A program made the position numbers and the translations under genes. Under the pieces are notes generated by a model. The model saw nothing but the letters and a program-made list of their open reading frames with translations. It made no database searches and was not told where the DNA came from. A DNA stretch of 64,000 nt from the NCBI GenBank assembly GCA_024679065.1, contig JAGIQG010000016.1:8618001-8682000 (forward strand), in the 5' to 3' direction. Shown in pieces: positions 26,925 to 40,460 of the stretch. Each line of letters opens with the position of its first letter. Position 1 is the first letter of the stretch. The stretch comes from Sphyrna mokarran. Taxonomy: Eukaryota.

Positions 26925-28014
26925 AGGTTCACAAGTCTCTGAAGGTGTCCTCACAGGTGGAGAAGGTGATAAAGAAGGCGTATAGTATATTAGCTTTCAT
27001 AGAAAAGGGTATAGAATACAAGAGTAGGAGTTTGATGTTGCAGTTGTATAGAACGTTGGTTAGGCCTCACTTGGAATACTGCGTCCAGTTCTGGTCGCCG
27101 TACTATCGGAAGGATGTGGAGTCCTTGGAGAGAGTGCAGAGGAGGTTTACCAGGATGCTGCCTGGTATGGAAGGACTGTCTTATGAGGAACGATTAGATA
27201 GACTGGGGTTGTTTTCCCTTGAAAGACGTCGGCTTAGAGGGGATCTCATAGAGGTGTATAAGATTATAAGGGGTATAGATAGAGTAAATGGAGGTAAACT
27301 TTTTCCACCTTTAGAAATGGATAGGACGAGGGGTCATGGCCATAGGGTGAGGGGGGCTATGTATAGGACGAATATTAGAGGGCAGTTTTTCACACAAAGG
27401 GTAGTGGGGGTGTGGAATGCACTGCCGAGTAAGGTGGTGGGAGCAGGCACGCTGGGGCTGTTTAAGGGTCTCTTGGACAGCCACATGAGCGGTATGCAGA
27501 TAGAGGGATATATTAGGACTGTTTAACTACGGCTTTTTTCCACAGGTAATTCGGTCCATACTTGACCAACATTGAGCATGCATTCGGCAGGTGGTGCGGG
27601 TACAGCTCTTGGCTGTTGATTCATGGGTTGCCTGGTACCTCATGTCGTAAATGAGTGCTTTATGTGGACCATCTGAAGGGCACCATGACAGCTCAGAGAC
27701 TATCGATGTGGCTGTGCAGACACTTGGAATTGGGCCGGTGCCTGCGGGAGTTTGCGCGTTCTCCCCGTGGTTGCGTGGGTTTTCTCCGGACACTCCGGTT
27801 TCCTCCCACAACCCAAAAATTCGCTCTTAGGCTGATTGGGAAACAAATTGTCCCTATAGTGTGAGAATTTTCCATATTAGGAATAATATATATATTATTA
27901 TATAGGAATAATATAATAGGATAATGGATTTGCTACTATATAGTTATGACGGCGGCGCGGGCTCGTTGGGCGGAAGGGCCTGTTTCCCGTGCTGTGTTGC
28001 TCTTTAAAAAAAAA
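26925..28014 (+). mobile_element. Young 5'-truncated CR1 LINE whose long 3' UTR contains a V-SINE core
   Basis: Uninterrupted 193-aa ORF2 C-terminus (26945-27526); V-domain gagtttgcgcgttctccccgtggttgcgtgggttttctccggacactccggtttcctcccaca at ~27748-27810; CR1-type tail gaagggcctgtttcccgtgctgt and poly(A). Confidence 0.9.
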
Positions 28015-28077
28015 ATTCTAAAAACATTCAGTGGAATAAAAGTTGTTCAAACACATGAAAATGATTTTCAAAATTAC

Positions 28078-28104
28078 CAGCTTCTTTCTGCTGAAAGTCG
28101 TTTT
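28078..28104 (-). CDS. 27-nt micro-exon ENDFQQKEA
   Basis: cttattccttcag|AAAACGACTTTCAGCAGAAAGAAGCTG|gtaatt. Confidence 0.9.
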
Positions 28105-30221
28105 CTGAAGGAATAAGCATTTGTGGGTGAGTAATATTGCTGGCAGAAAAGAATAAATAAACAAACATGACCTTGGTCCATGCTTGCAGCAAACATCATC
28201 GTTTCAGAAAGCCCCAAAAGTTACTGACAATTAAAATATTGCTGTACTGTGCTATATTTTGCAAACAACAACAATGCTTTAAGTAAGAACCAGCCTATCA
28301 TATTTTCTATAATAATGCTACTTGAATGGCCCTTTCTGTACGGCGAAGGCCTCTTCGTACTGCAGAGATTCAATCTAAAATATATCGCCATCTACAATTC
28401 TCAATATCTTTGGGAGGTATGAGCTGGAATCTTTCGTTTTCTCTCACGCATGTCTGAGTAGGAATTGGATGAGTGCACGTTTCTCGCTGGAGCTTGAACA
28501 CCAAAATATAAGAGCCACGCTATAGGGCAACCAGTAAAGGATGGGTTGGCAACGTTGTGGAGGTGCAACATTAAAGCTAAGCAAATAAAAATTGACGTGA
28601 ATCTGCATTGCTCTATTCGAAGGGGACAGAGAAAGAGAAAAAAAAAGGAATTGGGAGAGTAAATGTGTTTCATTCGCATTGCAGAGACCTTGGCATTTCT
28701 AGGCTCATGAAAATATATGTATCAATTGAAGATTCCATCTTCCAGATGAAATTATCACTGTAGTCAAATGTTGGATTATTAGACGTGACAAATTTCCGAA
28801 CGCCTTTTTGCTATTAAAGCTACACAGCAATCAGTGAGCCAAAAATATCAATTACATTTAAAGTGAAATACTCTTCTCTACCTAGTTTTCTATTTGTCAA
28901 ATTCCTAATTTTCTGGAAACAACACTGTTTCATTGAAGGTGAATAAAATGTTGGAATGTTTACACAACGTAGGCTCATCATGGTCTATTGCATTCAATAC
29001 TGGGCAGAAAATCGGAAAAGGAAAGGAAGTAAACATTATGTTATTTTTAAAATTAGATTAAGGGTCACAGACACACAATAGTGAGAAATACGTCTATCGC
29101 ATCTTGAGGGACTGACGGTACACAACTAAAGCCTTCGTTGCAGGATTGGAATCAGCGACCAATAAGTGGTCCAGGACGACTAGACGGGAATGGCATGGAC
29201 CCACTACAGTATGAGTCATGAATCGGATTTCCGTTCGGAAAAGTGATAAGGAGATTGGTTCCTGAAAGGGTGCAGTTAGATTCTGATCTGTCGCAAGGCC
29301 AGAGGGTTGCCTATATAGGAGAGAAGTAAGAAGAGGGAAGAACTTTATTGATAAGAAATTCATTATTTATTTGAAAAAAATGCTTCCTGTCATTATCGAC
29401 GTTGTTCAAGGAAAACTTGTTGTCTTCCTGATGCCAGCAACCAGGGCGACATGCAGGAGATGGAGCACATTCGGTTGGGAGGAGATGGTCAGCCAACCTT
29501 TGTATGACATGCGAACCTATGTGTTGAAGGAAAGCAGATGGCGTTATGCAACTCGAAGTTCGACGTCTAGGCAGAAAATTAGCAAACGCGAACTCGAGTA
29601 TAGTAATAGTTGAATTTATCCCACTGTAACTTTAAAATGAGTGCAGAAACCGATGCTAGGCAGATGCGTGAATTGAAAGACGTTGCAGAAGGGATCGTTT
29701 TTGATACTTCAGCGTCTCGAATGGCTTTGTGGCAGATCGGAACTGTGTGACCTGTCGAGTTGCATCTGCAGAGTTGGGGGCAGGATGAATCCGCGCGGAA
29801 AGGAAGGGGGGTGTGCATTAAGCCGATGTAACATCAGAAGTATGTGAAGAAACTGGAAATAATAGAGAGCAATGGAAGAATACCAACGATGTTGGGCGAG
29901 TCAGAGTACCCTTTTGAGGAACATAGTAAGTTCATAAATGGAGTCGCCGTAAGGATGAAGTGCGTGCGTCAAATTCAGTGTTCCTCTGCACTAATGCCAC
30001 TTCATGATGCATTGCCAATATTATTCAGTTATTATCAGCAAGTAATGTTTTCCAGCAATATAATGCTGAGGAATGAACTGACCTGATTCAAAGAGTCGCA
30101 AGAATGTTTGATAAATGTCCCTGTGCACAAGGTTTTCAGAAAATGCAATAAATAAGGAAAGGGAGAGGGTGTTTCAATGCTGGAGAAAGAGGATGTCCCA
30201 GAGGAGTCAAAAAACACTCAC

Positions 30222-30257
30222 CTGCTTCCACAATATCACTTTTCAACGTTTCTATTA
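30222..30257 (-). CDS. 36-nt micro-exon VIETLKSDIVEA
   Basis: ttattttgtgctag|TAATAGAAACGTTGAAAAGTGATATTGTGGAAGCAG|gtgagt. Confidence 0.9.
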
Positions 30258-30439
30258 CTAGCACAAAATAAATTTCCAAAGTAATTATTGTGGAGCCGCA
30301 ATCCATTTAAACACTATGCATTTATACAACATGGGGACCAAAATTGATACAAATCAACCTGAGCCTGCTGTTGTGTTGCAATCATTCACGCATTTTTGCA
30401 CACAGAAAGATTCATGTGGCCACCCGGTGCTCCACATTC

Positions 30440-30752
30440 CATCTCCCTAGTCATTCATCTACCTATCCCATCATTCCTATCATTCACCCATCCAAACATC
30501 TTTCTAGCATCCATAAATTCACCCATCCATCCGTCCTTCTGTCCATCCCTCCGTCTGTCTGCATGATTGTCCGTCAGCCTCACTCGTTTTCTATTAATCT
30601 ATCTTTCTACTTTTTTCTTTCTTTATTCATTACGTTTCTTTCTTTCTGTCCATATCTATCTATCCAACTACCTATGTGTTTATCTGTCATTTGTCTTCCC
30701 TTCTTTCTATCTAATTCTCTCTCTCTCTTTCCCTCTCTCTCTTCATCTATAT
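30440..30752. repeat. Degenerate (CCAT)n/(TCTN)n low-complexity tract
   Basis: Run of ccat, tcta, tctt and tctc tetramers. Confidence 0.8.
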
Positions 30753-32291
30753 ATAAATGCGTGCAGAGAGGAATAACTTGAGGGAACATGAGGAGAGAAA
30801 AAGCTTGGCTTATTAGCAGTTTAAAAGAGGCGTGGCAATGGAGCAAATTGCGGAGTGAATTATCGAGTTTAAGTTCCTGTGAACTGAATAGTGACAGTCA
30901 TTGCTTTAACCATTCAAGTCGACGATGATTAATTCACAGAATTGGTATGGAAAGATTTGAGTAGCTTGAAGCAACCTCGGAACGATCACGGTCGCAAGAT
31001 ATGAGTGGTATTTTCATGAATTGCGTTCTGGCATCCGCAACATGGCGGTTAGTCCATTTGGTGAGTTGTTTAGATATATTTTCTGAAAGAGAATTCGATA
31101 TAATGAACGATTCTAAATTGTGAACACAATGTCAAAGTATCGAATTGTATTGCTCTCTTATATCTTATTATCTCAATTTAATTTTGCATGTTTGGCCTGA
31201 ACTTTTATTTTTTTTTTGGTAACCAAAAAGGGTTTTAGAAAAGTTGCCAATTCTTCTTTGTGGCGATTCATTTCCAGGTGTTCTGTACCGCATATCTGGG
31301 TGATTTGGCATTTTCAAGGCAATACACGAAGGTGACAACGGAGGACGACCGTTTTTTTGCCAGAATGTTTAAATCATTTCCAGTTTATGCCATGCGTGTT
31401 GGATCGATTCGTTAGGTTCCGAATGCATCAAATGAATATAATTGGAAGTACAATTTCCCTTTGCTTGAGGAAAACTTATACGATTTTCTGTGCACCAGAT
31501 TGCACTATTCTTGGAGTGCATTTGAAGAGTATCCAAATGAAATTCAGTAAAAATCTGTGCACTTGCCCAGCATTGACATCGACTCAAGGGCAAAAGCATT
31601 TTTTTAGCATTGGAATACGGGAATGGGGGTTGGGGGAGAAGGAAGGGGACTGGACATGTTTTTGCTTCCATTGGAGGCAGCAGGGAATTACAATGCTATC
31701 ACTTGCAAGATGCATTCTCAATTTCATTTTTCTCAGCAGGTCTGCACATTTATTTATTCCATGAGTGACAACTAATCTACCATCTTATTTTCATATGACT
31801 CTTGTATTGAATCATATAAATTTCTGTAATGGAATTCTGCACACTTGCACCATGTTCGTAAACATACTTCAATTGTTCTCACAACCAAATTATGTTCAGA
31901 GCATAGAGAGGTATGTTATAAATAATTTAGTACATAACTAACGTGTTGGTGCGATGGGCTTCCGTTCATTATTGATGAGGATGTTTTTTTTTAATTGTGC
32001 ATCCACATTCATGACTCTACAGTGCGGCAGAGCGTAGATCTTTGCCAAGAAACGTTGTTATGGGTAGCTTGGTGAAATCTTCCGACAGCAATGTGTAACT
32101 TGTACAGCGGAATCGCAGACGTGATGCAAGTATCGAAGATCTGCCAAGCACTGACAACATCAACAAATTATTTGGGCGACTATTCTGACTGGACATCCAA
32201 ATCTACAAAAATAAATGCCGACAGGATAGAGGATTGAATAAATTTGAGCTGCGACATCGTTGCAACTAAAATAACGACTTTTTGCCAGTAC

Positions 32292-32318
32292 CTTTTGTTT
32301 TATCGATGAGATATTCAT
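32292..32318 (-). CDS. 27-nt micro-exon DEYLIDKTK
   Basis: aaatatatacag|ATGAATATCTCATCGATAAAACAAAAG|gtactg. Confidence 0.85.
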
Positions 32319-33183
32319 CTGTATATATTTGAATATAAAACGTGAACGATAGTATGAAAAATATGAGTGTCATTAATAGTATCAATGCTAATGCACCCGG
32401 TATATTTATTCAAAGCGCAAGTGTTTCTGAGCAATTACTTAATAATGACAGATAAAAATCATATAACTGAAAACAAACTGTCGACACAACTTTGCTAAAA
32501 TCGATAATAATTCACGTAGCAGCTCATCATCACTATTCAATGCATTAGTTTCTCGAAAATTTGCCTTTTCAATCTCATGAACACGAATGTCAATAATAAT
32601 AATCATGAATGTTTGACAGTATTTGAATTAATTAGTATTGGACAGGGGCTGAAACATAATTTGGATAAAGAGGCAGAATACATGCTGACAGCAAAATAGG
32701 CACGTTCGTTTCTAAAATTAAGTGAGCGACTTTTGAGGAGAAAGCAAAATTCTCCCCCTCATTGTGAACCCTTTTTGAAACTTTCCGAGTTGCTAAACTT
32801 GCCTGCATACTTGCACTTTTATTGTGGCGCATACGATATTTGAAACCTTCCGACTCTTCACAGGACACAGTCGATTTTTGTTTTGCGACTGATTGTCAGG
32901 ATGAAGTACAGACACTTATAATTTCATCATTCAAAATTATCTCGAATTTGCACGTCGTTTATTCATTGTTGAATGCCAAATGGACAGTATTAAGCATTTT
33001 TTTGGAATTGTCATTCCCTCAAAATCTGTAACCACTGAAGAGTCATTAGATTCAGCATTTTTTTTAGATTCCCTGCTTCTGAGATTTCATGCAGATGAAC
33101 AATCAAACACCTTATTTTTCGACAATCGGTTCAAACTTTTTTCAACTGTTAAAAAGAACGAAATAAAAACGAAAGATGCTTAC

Positions 33184-33219
33184 CACATTCAGCAAGGCGG
33201 GATTTCAAGTTGTCAATTT
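33184..33219 (-). CDS. 36-nt micro-exon EIDNLKSRLAEC
   Basis: cattctttttaaag|AAATTGACAACTTGAAATCCCGCCTTGCTGAATGTG|gtaagc (AAG acceptor). Confidence 0.9.
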
Positions 33220-33723
33220 CTTTAAAAAGAATGAAAATACGTAATGGTAATTGCATGAAGCTCCCTCCTCTGCTTCTCCTAAAGGAACCAATAACTATTT
33301 CTCTGGCAGCGTTTATTTCAGCTTTAATGGTAGATATCTGTTCAATCTCCACCAGAATTATGGTTTGTGCGTTGTCGCTTTAAAGGCTGCTAGGATAAAT
33401 CGAATGGCTATGAAACCTTCTTTGTCATCTGCTAATGATGCTTACGAAATATTAGATGGCATTTTCCTCCTTGATAAAGGAAATCTACAAGTATTCTGTG
33501 CTTTGTCACATACAGATTTTGTATTGTGATGGGCGTGACTCTGCCCCGTCACCAAATGTGTACTTCACACCCCATTATGAGTAGTAATTGGTAGGAAATG
33601 TGCCTTCATGACGCGCACGTTGGCTGTGATATTCGAAACCAATCGAATAACAGCCAATTGAAAACCAAAAGATTCAAAGGGAAACTGGGATAGCCATCTG
33701 ATGGAAGAAAAATTGGAGCCTTT

Positions 33724-34147
33724 GCAGGTCTTATGAGGAGAGGCTGAGGGGTTTGAGGTTGTTTTCGTTAGAAAGGAGGAGGCTAAGAGGGGACCTGATC
33801 GAAACATATAAGATGATTAGAGGTTTAGATAGGGTGGACAGTGATAGCCTTTTTCCTAGGATGGAAAAAGCTAGCACGAGGGGACACAGCTTTAAATTAA
33901 GGGGTGATAGTTATAGGACGGATATCAGAGGTAGGTTCTTTACCCAAAGGGTGGTTCGGGAGTGGAATGCCCTGCCTGCAGCAGTTGTAGATGCGCCAAG
34001 TTTGGTGGCGTTTAAGAGGTTAGTTGATAAGTATATGGAAGAGAAGGGAATGGTTTAGTTTGGAGGGGCATTGCTTTTTATATTGGTCGGCGCAACATCG
34101 AAGGCCGAAGGGCCTGTTCTGTGCTGTAATGTTCTATGTTCTATGTT
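33724..34147 (+). mobile_element. Young 5'-truncated CR1 LINE, near-identical to 10930-11391 in opposite orientation
   Basis: Identical peptide IRGLDRVDSDSLFPRMEKASTRGHSFKLRG...EEKGMV; same UTR and (TTCTATG)n tail. Confidence 0.95.
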
Positions 34148-36051
34148 TCCACAACCAAACTTAGGTACAGAAAGTATCATGCGATTACATTAGCAATGTG
34201 GCACTGCAACCTGCATTGCTGTTGACATTGAGCTCAGTACCTTCAGCTCTTGCGTTGCCGCTCATTAATTTTAGGAATCATTTAAATTGTGAACTGATGT
34301 ATTCCTTCGAAATAAACCATTGCTGGTTCCCCAATGTTCTCTAATCACTAATTATTAAATATATATTACTAAAATGAAATATCATTCTTATGTGATCAGG
34401 TTGTTCACCAAATGCAGTGATAATTTGCGGTGGCGAAGTGGGAGGGGCGAATGGGGGGGCGGTTGTGAGGAGGGGGAGAACATTATTTTGCCTTTATGCT
34501 CTTAAATTCGGCATCATTATCTGTCTTTCCCAGTGAAATTTTACTGCCGGAAAGGATATTTCTGTTTGGGGCCATTTGCACGACGCGTTCTCGCTGATAT
34601 TTCATTTTATATTTTTTCCTTGAAATTAGCGGAAATATCTTAGTTGTTATAAATTCAACTCTGAAAGCGTTCTAAAATGTCCTGATTATTACATGTTTGT
34701 TGGTCTAAAAGGGTATGTTTACTTCATACACCGTTTTGAACACAATTACATATAATTATTACGTATAAATTATTACTTAAAATGCATATTTTAAATGGTC
34801 GCGACTGTGAAGTGTTATTGTCCACTTAATGTTAATGCTATTAAAGCCAGAACCGTGAATGTATGCCAGCTTGATAGATCCAAGCTTTGTTTAATTTTTA
34901 ACTGATCTTGGATATTAATTGCTGAACAGATTCAACAAAGCCTGCCCAATCACTTTTAACACAAATATCAAATTATATATTAAGCGAGAAACATTAACAA
35001 TATAACACTATGCAACATGCTTGAAAAATTTGTATTTAAAAAAGAGGAAATGATTCAATCTCGCATGCAAATCCCCATAAAATATATAAACCTCTCACGC
35101 CCAAGACTTTGTGCTTGCGTTTGTGCAGTTGCAATCAGAAAATATAATTACAACTTCCTTCTCTGATTGAATCCATGGATTAGACCTTCCATTTTCACAC
35201 TTACCCCACACATTTACTTGGCAAATACATCTAAACTATCCATCTTTATTCTTTGAAACCAATTTTCATCTAGTGGATTGCTGAGCATTCACCATATGCT
35301 TTCAAATAATCACCATTCCAGTTGTCTGTTATATTTATTCACGCAGACAGGTGAGTTTCGTCTGCTCAAATCACCCGGATATATCTTGCTGACAGCTTCG
35401 GAATTCCACATTCACTCTTCATTATACAAAGCTCACTGAACTTCTGTGTATTCCTGTCTGTACTGCGACCTTGGTCTCCTGTCATTAATCAAGTAACTTT
35501 TTATGCTTTTTTCTTTATTTTGCAAAATCACTAAAACAATAAAATATTTGTGATCCGTCTTTTAACTTCATGAGTTAGAAAGCCAAGTTAAAAAAATGCA
35601 TGAAATCGCAAGTTCCTAAATTAAATAAAGTTTAAAACATCCCTTAATACGATAACATACCGTTCCACATTCTAAAGACACGCATTCAAAAATCATTGGA
35701 TATTAAATGAATGCATTTTTTTTCTGAATGATGATAGTCAGCTAACTACATATACTTTATTTTAGATACAACTGAGTGATTTAGTCTACGTTATCTATTC
35801 GAACGTCGATAAATCGACCTTCTTTTGCAATTTAGATTACTGTTCCAGGATAGAATTCTGTCACTGACCTGACACATGTTTAAACATAGCTATAATGTAG
35901 ATGATATCAGGCAGTCAAACATATATCCATCTATTAAAAAAAATCAAATCAGTTGAAACCTCAGTGTGAGCACGCATATCGGATGACCTGGATGTCGCAG
36001 TGAAGTAGTTTCATCAGAATCATTTAAGTGTACATAATTATGATCCATTAC

Positions 36052-36078
36052 CTTTCTGCTTTTGCCGAAAAAGTTCTC
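36052..36078 (-). CDS. 27-nt micro-exon GELFRQKQK
   Basis: cttacttttacag|GAGAACTTTTTCGGCAAAAGCAGAAAG|gtaatg. Confidence 0.9.
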
Positions 36079-37970
36079 CTGTAAAAGTAAGTAAATGAGT
36101 ACACAGGTCGATTAATGAGGAAATAAAAACTCAAATCTCATCATAAAGAAACAATTCTTCCTATTTCCGCTGTCATTGTAAGTTTTCTCTGATCCTATTT
36201 TATTCTTCCCTTTTTTGAAAGTGCAATCTTTGTTTCAAATATTCATCCAAATACCAGTTCAACACGTCCATACTTTACAGTACTCGTCCACGTAAGAAGA
36301 AACATAGATTTTTTTCAATTGCTGAAAACATTTTCTGTCTTGCAATTATCAGGGCACAACTGTATACCTTCTGTATATGGCGAAAGGGGAAAAAAAGATA
36401 CACAGTTAGAAGAGTGTGCTATTATTTCTAAGTGGACTCTCTTTGGTACAAGACTTCCCAGAAATAATAGACAGTAATAGACTGTTAAAGCCGAGCGTTG
36501 TAGGAAACCTGAATGGAGCACCAACACACCGATTCAAACATGGTTTAGAAAGTAACTGTCAGTCACGAACTGCTGATGACACCTCTGTCAATCAAACTTT
36601 CTGACCATGCAATCAGTATTTTCTCGAGCTATATAGATTGTTGTTTCCTCTTCTACTGCCTTCCACGTGGAATGTTCTGGTTTATGCACGTTTGAACGCT
36701 TGACTGTTTTTCAGCTTATCTTATGTTGTATGCTGCTAAAAATAACTTCCAAATTGAGACAAATGAACACAGTCGGAGGAACAAACAAAAATGAACAGCT
36801 GGCCATATTACATAAAGTGAGACGTCAGAGATGTGCCATTATACAAGTGAAATTAAGGGACTCAAACTTTTGATGGACAGCCAGAAAAACAGTAATATTA
36901 CATGAATTCAAAGTTTGTTTGAAAAACATAGAGACTTTTTTGCCCCAGACAGAAGAAATGCTTTTCAAAATGAGAAACACTCAGCATTCTGAGCTGAGGT
37001 AATCCAATGGTCGTACATACATTCCCACATACATTGCCATCTGTACATTGGCAAATCGTACATCCGGACACAGCAATACTCTCACAGAACTTCCAACTAA
37101 GATAGTCTACACGCTAAACCCAATTAGTCACCTATTCATACGAACCATCCATTCAGAATACAACCCCGAAACAACGACACATGTTGCATCTTATTTATCG
37201 CAACTTGTGGCTGATGATTCAAATTCTCAGTTGTCACAACAAATCAAATCATGCCCACTTGCCGATCTTCATGCCACTCAAGTAATCAAATATGGACTGA
37301 TGCATATACTAAGTATGGAGCTGTCACTTTCAGAGAATATGTATACCATGTGTAACAATGTGCATGAGACAAAGTGGGCTGCTGTTTAAAGGGACACATG
37401 ACGGCGTTCTTTCAGTGCACCTTTGCTTTGATTGAAATAATTGAAAACAACAGAAAAAAAAATCACGAGCTAGAGCCCCTACTGCGTTATTTGTTTACAA
37501 AACACAAAGTACTTGATGTGTGGAAGAGCTACTTTGGGGCGATTGGAAGCAGCATATCTATTCTCGGTTCTGCTATATGGTTAGCTTTACTTTGGCAATA
37601 ATTCTGCAGCACATTTTAAGTATTCGTAGCTGCAGTTTCAATATAAAACAATCACATGCACACAAACACACAAACATGGGCAAAGCAGAATAAAGGTGTT
37701 GTTTTGATGTGTGGCAAGATGTTTAAAATTTCATATATATTCAGAACATAGGATAGTCAAAATATCCCAGGTTTGTTTGGAGGTTAAGGATTTCTGATCG
37801 AATTTGATATTCTTATACATGGGATGGAATGATATTTTATGAATTATTTTTTTAGAAATGCGGAAAATGTGAAAATTAATTACTCAATTGAAATAGTCAA
37901 TGGAGCTACCTTCAAAATATTGAAAGTTGCATGTGAAGCAATTAATGACCTTGAGGATAATTTATTTATA

Positions 37971-37973
<3 letters not shown>

Positions 37974-38001
<28 letters not shown>
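37974..38001. repeat. (GT)n microsatellite
   Basis: Perfect GT run of about 14 units. Confidence 0.95.
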
Positions 38002-40287
38002 CTATACCTATGTCACGTTTTAAAATTGGAGCTGATAGTTACACACAACAACCACAATGATGTACTAAGCAATTCGTAAGCAAATACCGCGGTAAAGAAA
38101 ACTGTGGTTTATTTTGGGACCATATCCTTTATTTATAGCTGTCTAAACGAATGGTGGAACTGCTTATAACTTCGAAAATAATTTCCTCGATAAGGAACTG
38201 AGTGGAAAGTCATAAAAACACTTCTTACGAACAAAGAACAAAAGAAGTTCAGTTGGCCAACAATATTTGCAAGCACTTTATGAAGCTACTAGGAGTGGCA
38301 CAGTCATGGGTTCACGGACGCAAGCAAGTGATCTGAGAAGTTGGAACTCATTCATTAAGGACAACACTGTGCGTTTCATCCCGAGTCAGTTGCACGAAAT
38401 GTGGCCCAAGGGAACATTGGACGAGCTGTTGCAGGAAACGTTCTTCTTCATTTGCGATAAGATTCAGTGTAACAAAACATATATGCGGCATACCAGAAAT
38501 ATCGGAAATTAGAGCAAAAGAAAGCTGACATAAATACAAGCACAAAGATGAATCCAATGACCTGATAGATCCAGCTGCCAATGATTAATGCCGATCTCTT
38601 CAATAAAGAAGGTAATCACTTTTTTTTTTCCGGAAATCGGAAATAGGAATCATTATGTTGATTCGGTCAAGCAGATATAGGTTTTGCCTCCTTTCAACAT
38701 AACAGACTGAAGGAAATGAATCATCGAAGCAGAGACTATGCTCTTTCCTTGATTTATTGGGACTTAAGCGAAAGTGTAGAGAACACACGCTCCAGCTGTT
38801 TAAGAGATAAATCTGTCTGTAAGAAAATGCTATTTTTGCTGGACATGAACTAAGACCATCCGCGAGGAAATACTGTCCCCAACAAACACGGGTGCATCGG
38901 TCCAGTAAGGATATTTGCATCTATGGAACTTAACATTGATTCAATGATGACAAATAGATCAATCAAGACGGACGGTGCACAAAATATTGGTACTGTGTCT
39001 GTCGGCTATGTACAAATGACACAATCCAGACATAATTAATTTTTAGAGCTGATAGTGTCAAAGGTGCGAAAAAAAATGCATTGGCCGTCTGTACCGGCCT
39101 TGTAGATGCAGGCTGTACACAACAAATAAGACTAGGAAGAAATGATTTGACATGAAGTATACTGCAGTAATCCATAATATGCGTCAGCATAACCATTGGG
39201 ATATCGTGTTTTGACTGAGAAAGGATGGAAATTCAAAGATGTTTATGCCACAAAATATCTAACCCCATGCAGTAATATGATAGACGTTCCCAATTCCTGA
39301 CGTTAGCCAAACTACAGAGGGGCGACAATGAATCTTCCTTTTCAGGATAAACTTCGACAGGTGCTGATTGCATTATACGTTATATTGTTGCATCCATCCA
39401 TCAAGATCGCCTAAGGAGTATATTTCACACATATTCAGCGAAAAAAAAAAGGTTCTTACATGCAACAGCATTGATAATGACCTTTGGAGTCGTTTCAAAC
39501 TAAAATGGCAGCATGGTCGAACTTTATGCTAAGAAATCATAATGAGACACTCGTCTGCAGAGTCAAAAAATCCTACTTTATCAAATCAATCCTAATGTTG
39601 CAGGACATATTGATAGGCCCAGGATGCAGATGTCTACAGATATATTACACGTTCTTCAATTTATTAACATCATGAACAGCCAAGGAAACTTAAAGAGCAT
39701 TATCACTTCGAGAGATTTATTTCAGGTTTTCCCATGTGTATTGCAAGAAAACCACCAAGACGTGCTCGACACATGTGAAGCGTCACTATTAGAAGAGACA
39801 TACGCCTGTAGATAGATCCACCCAGTATGGGTAGCGTGTGCAATATGTCAGTTGAAAATGTAAATAGACTTCAATCATTCAATCTAGGACAACTGGAATC
39901 CTGTTATTCGACCATAACACCTGAGGAATTTACTCTGGCATGTGGGATCACAGGATTGCAAACATGTCCTATTGTGAATTATTGCACAAATTACGGCAAC
40001 AACTATCGCAAGCCACTGAGAAATGTGCAGCTGTGAATATGCGGTCTATAATTAAAAAGAAACGAAGTTGAGATACCAATCTGATATCAAAGTGACTACT
40101 TAAGAGTCATTGAACAGTTCACTGAATCTGGTGCAAAGTGCCAGTTTTGGTAGTCCACGAAATTGACAGGAAGAACACTGACGTTGAAAACATAACAATG
40201 ATCTCATCCGCAATATATATAAAAATAAACTTCAGAAGGAAACTCTGCAGCAGTATGTCCTTTAGGATTTCTTACATGAAGCGACAC

Positions 40288-40460
40288 AAGAATGAGATTG
40301 CGGGACATTTAGCTTTGATCTTTGGGTCCTCGCTGTCCACAGGGATAGTGCCAGAAGGCTGGTGAGCGACAAATATTGGTCCTCTTTTAAGAAAGGAAAC
40401 AGGAATGACCTTAGTAATTATAGGCCAGTTATTCTTAATTTGGTGGCCGGTAAGTTAATG
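40288..40460 (+). mobile_element. Internal CR1 ORF2 fragment
   Basis: EIAGHLALIFGSSLSTGIVPEGW...KKGNR...NYRPV. Confidence 0.8.

Noticed and set aside
29094-29311. Strong minus-strand acceptor followed by an open frame
   Set aside because: The phase-1 frame stops after about 10 codons, with no convincing donor and no recognisable protein similarity.
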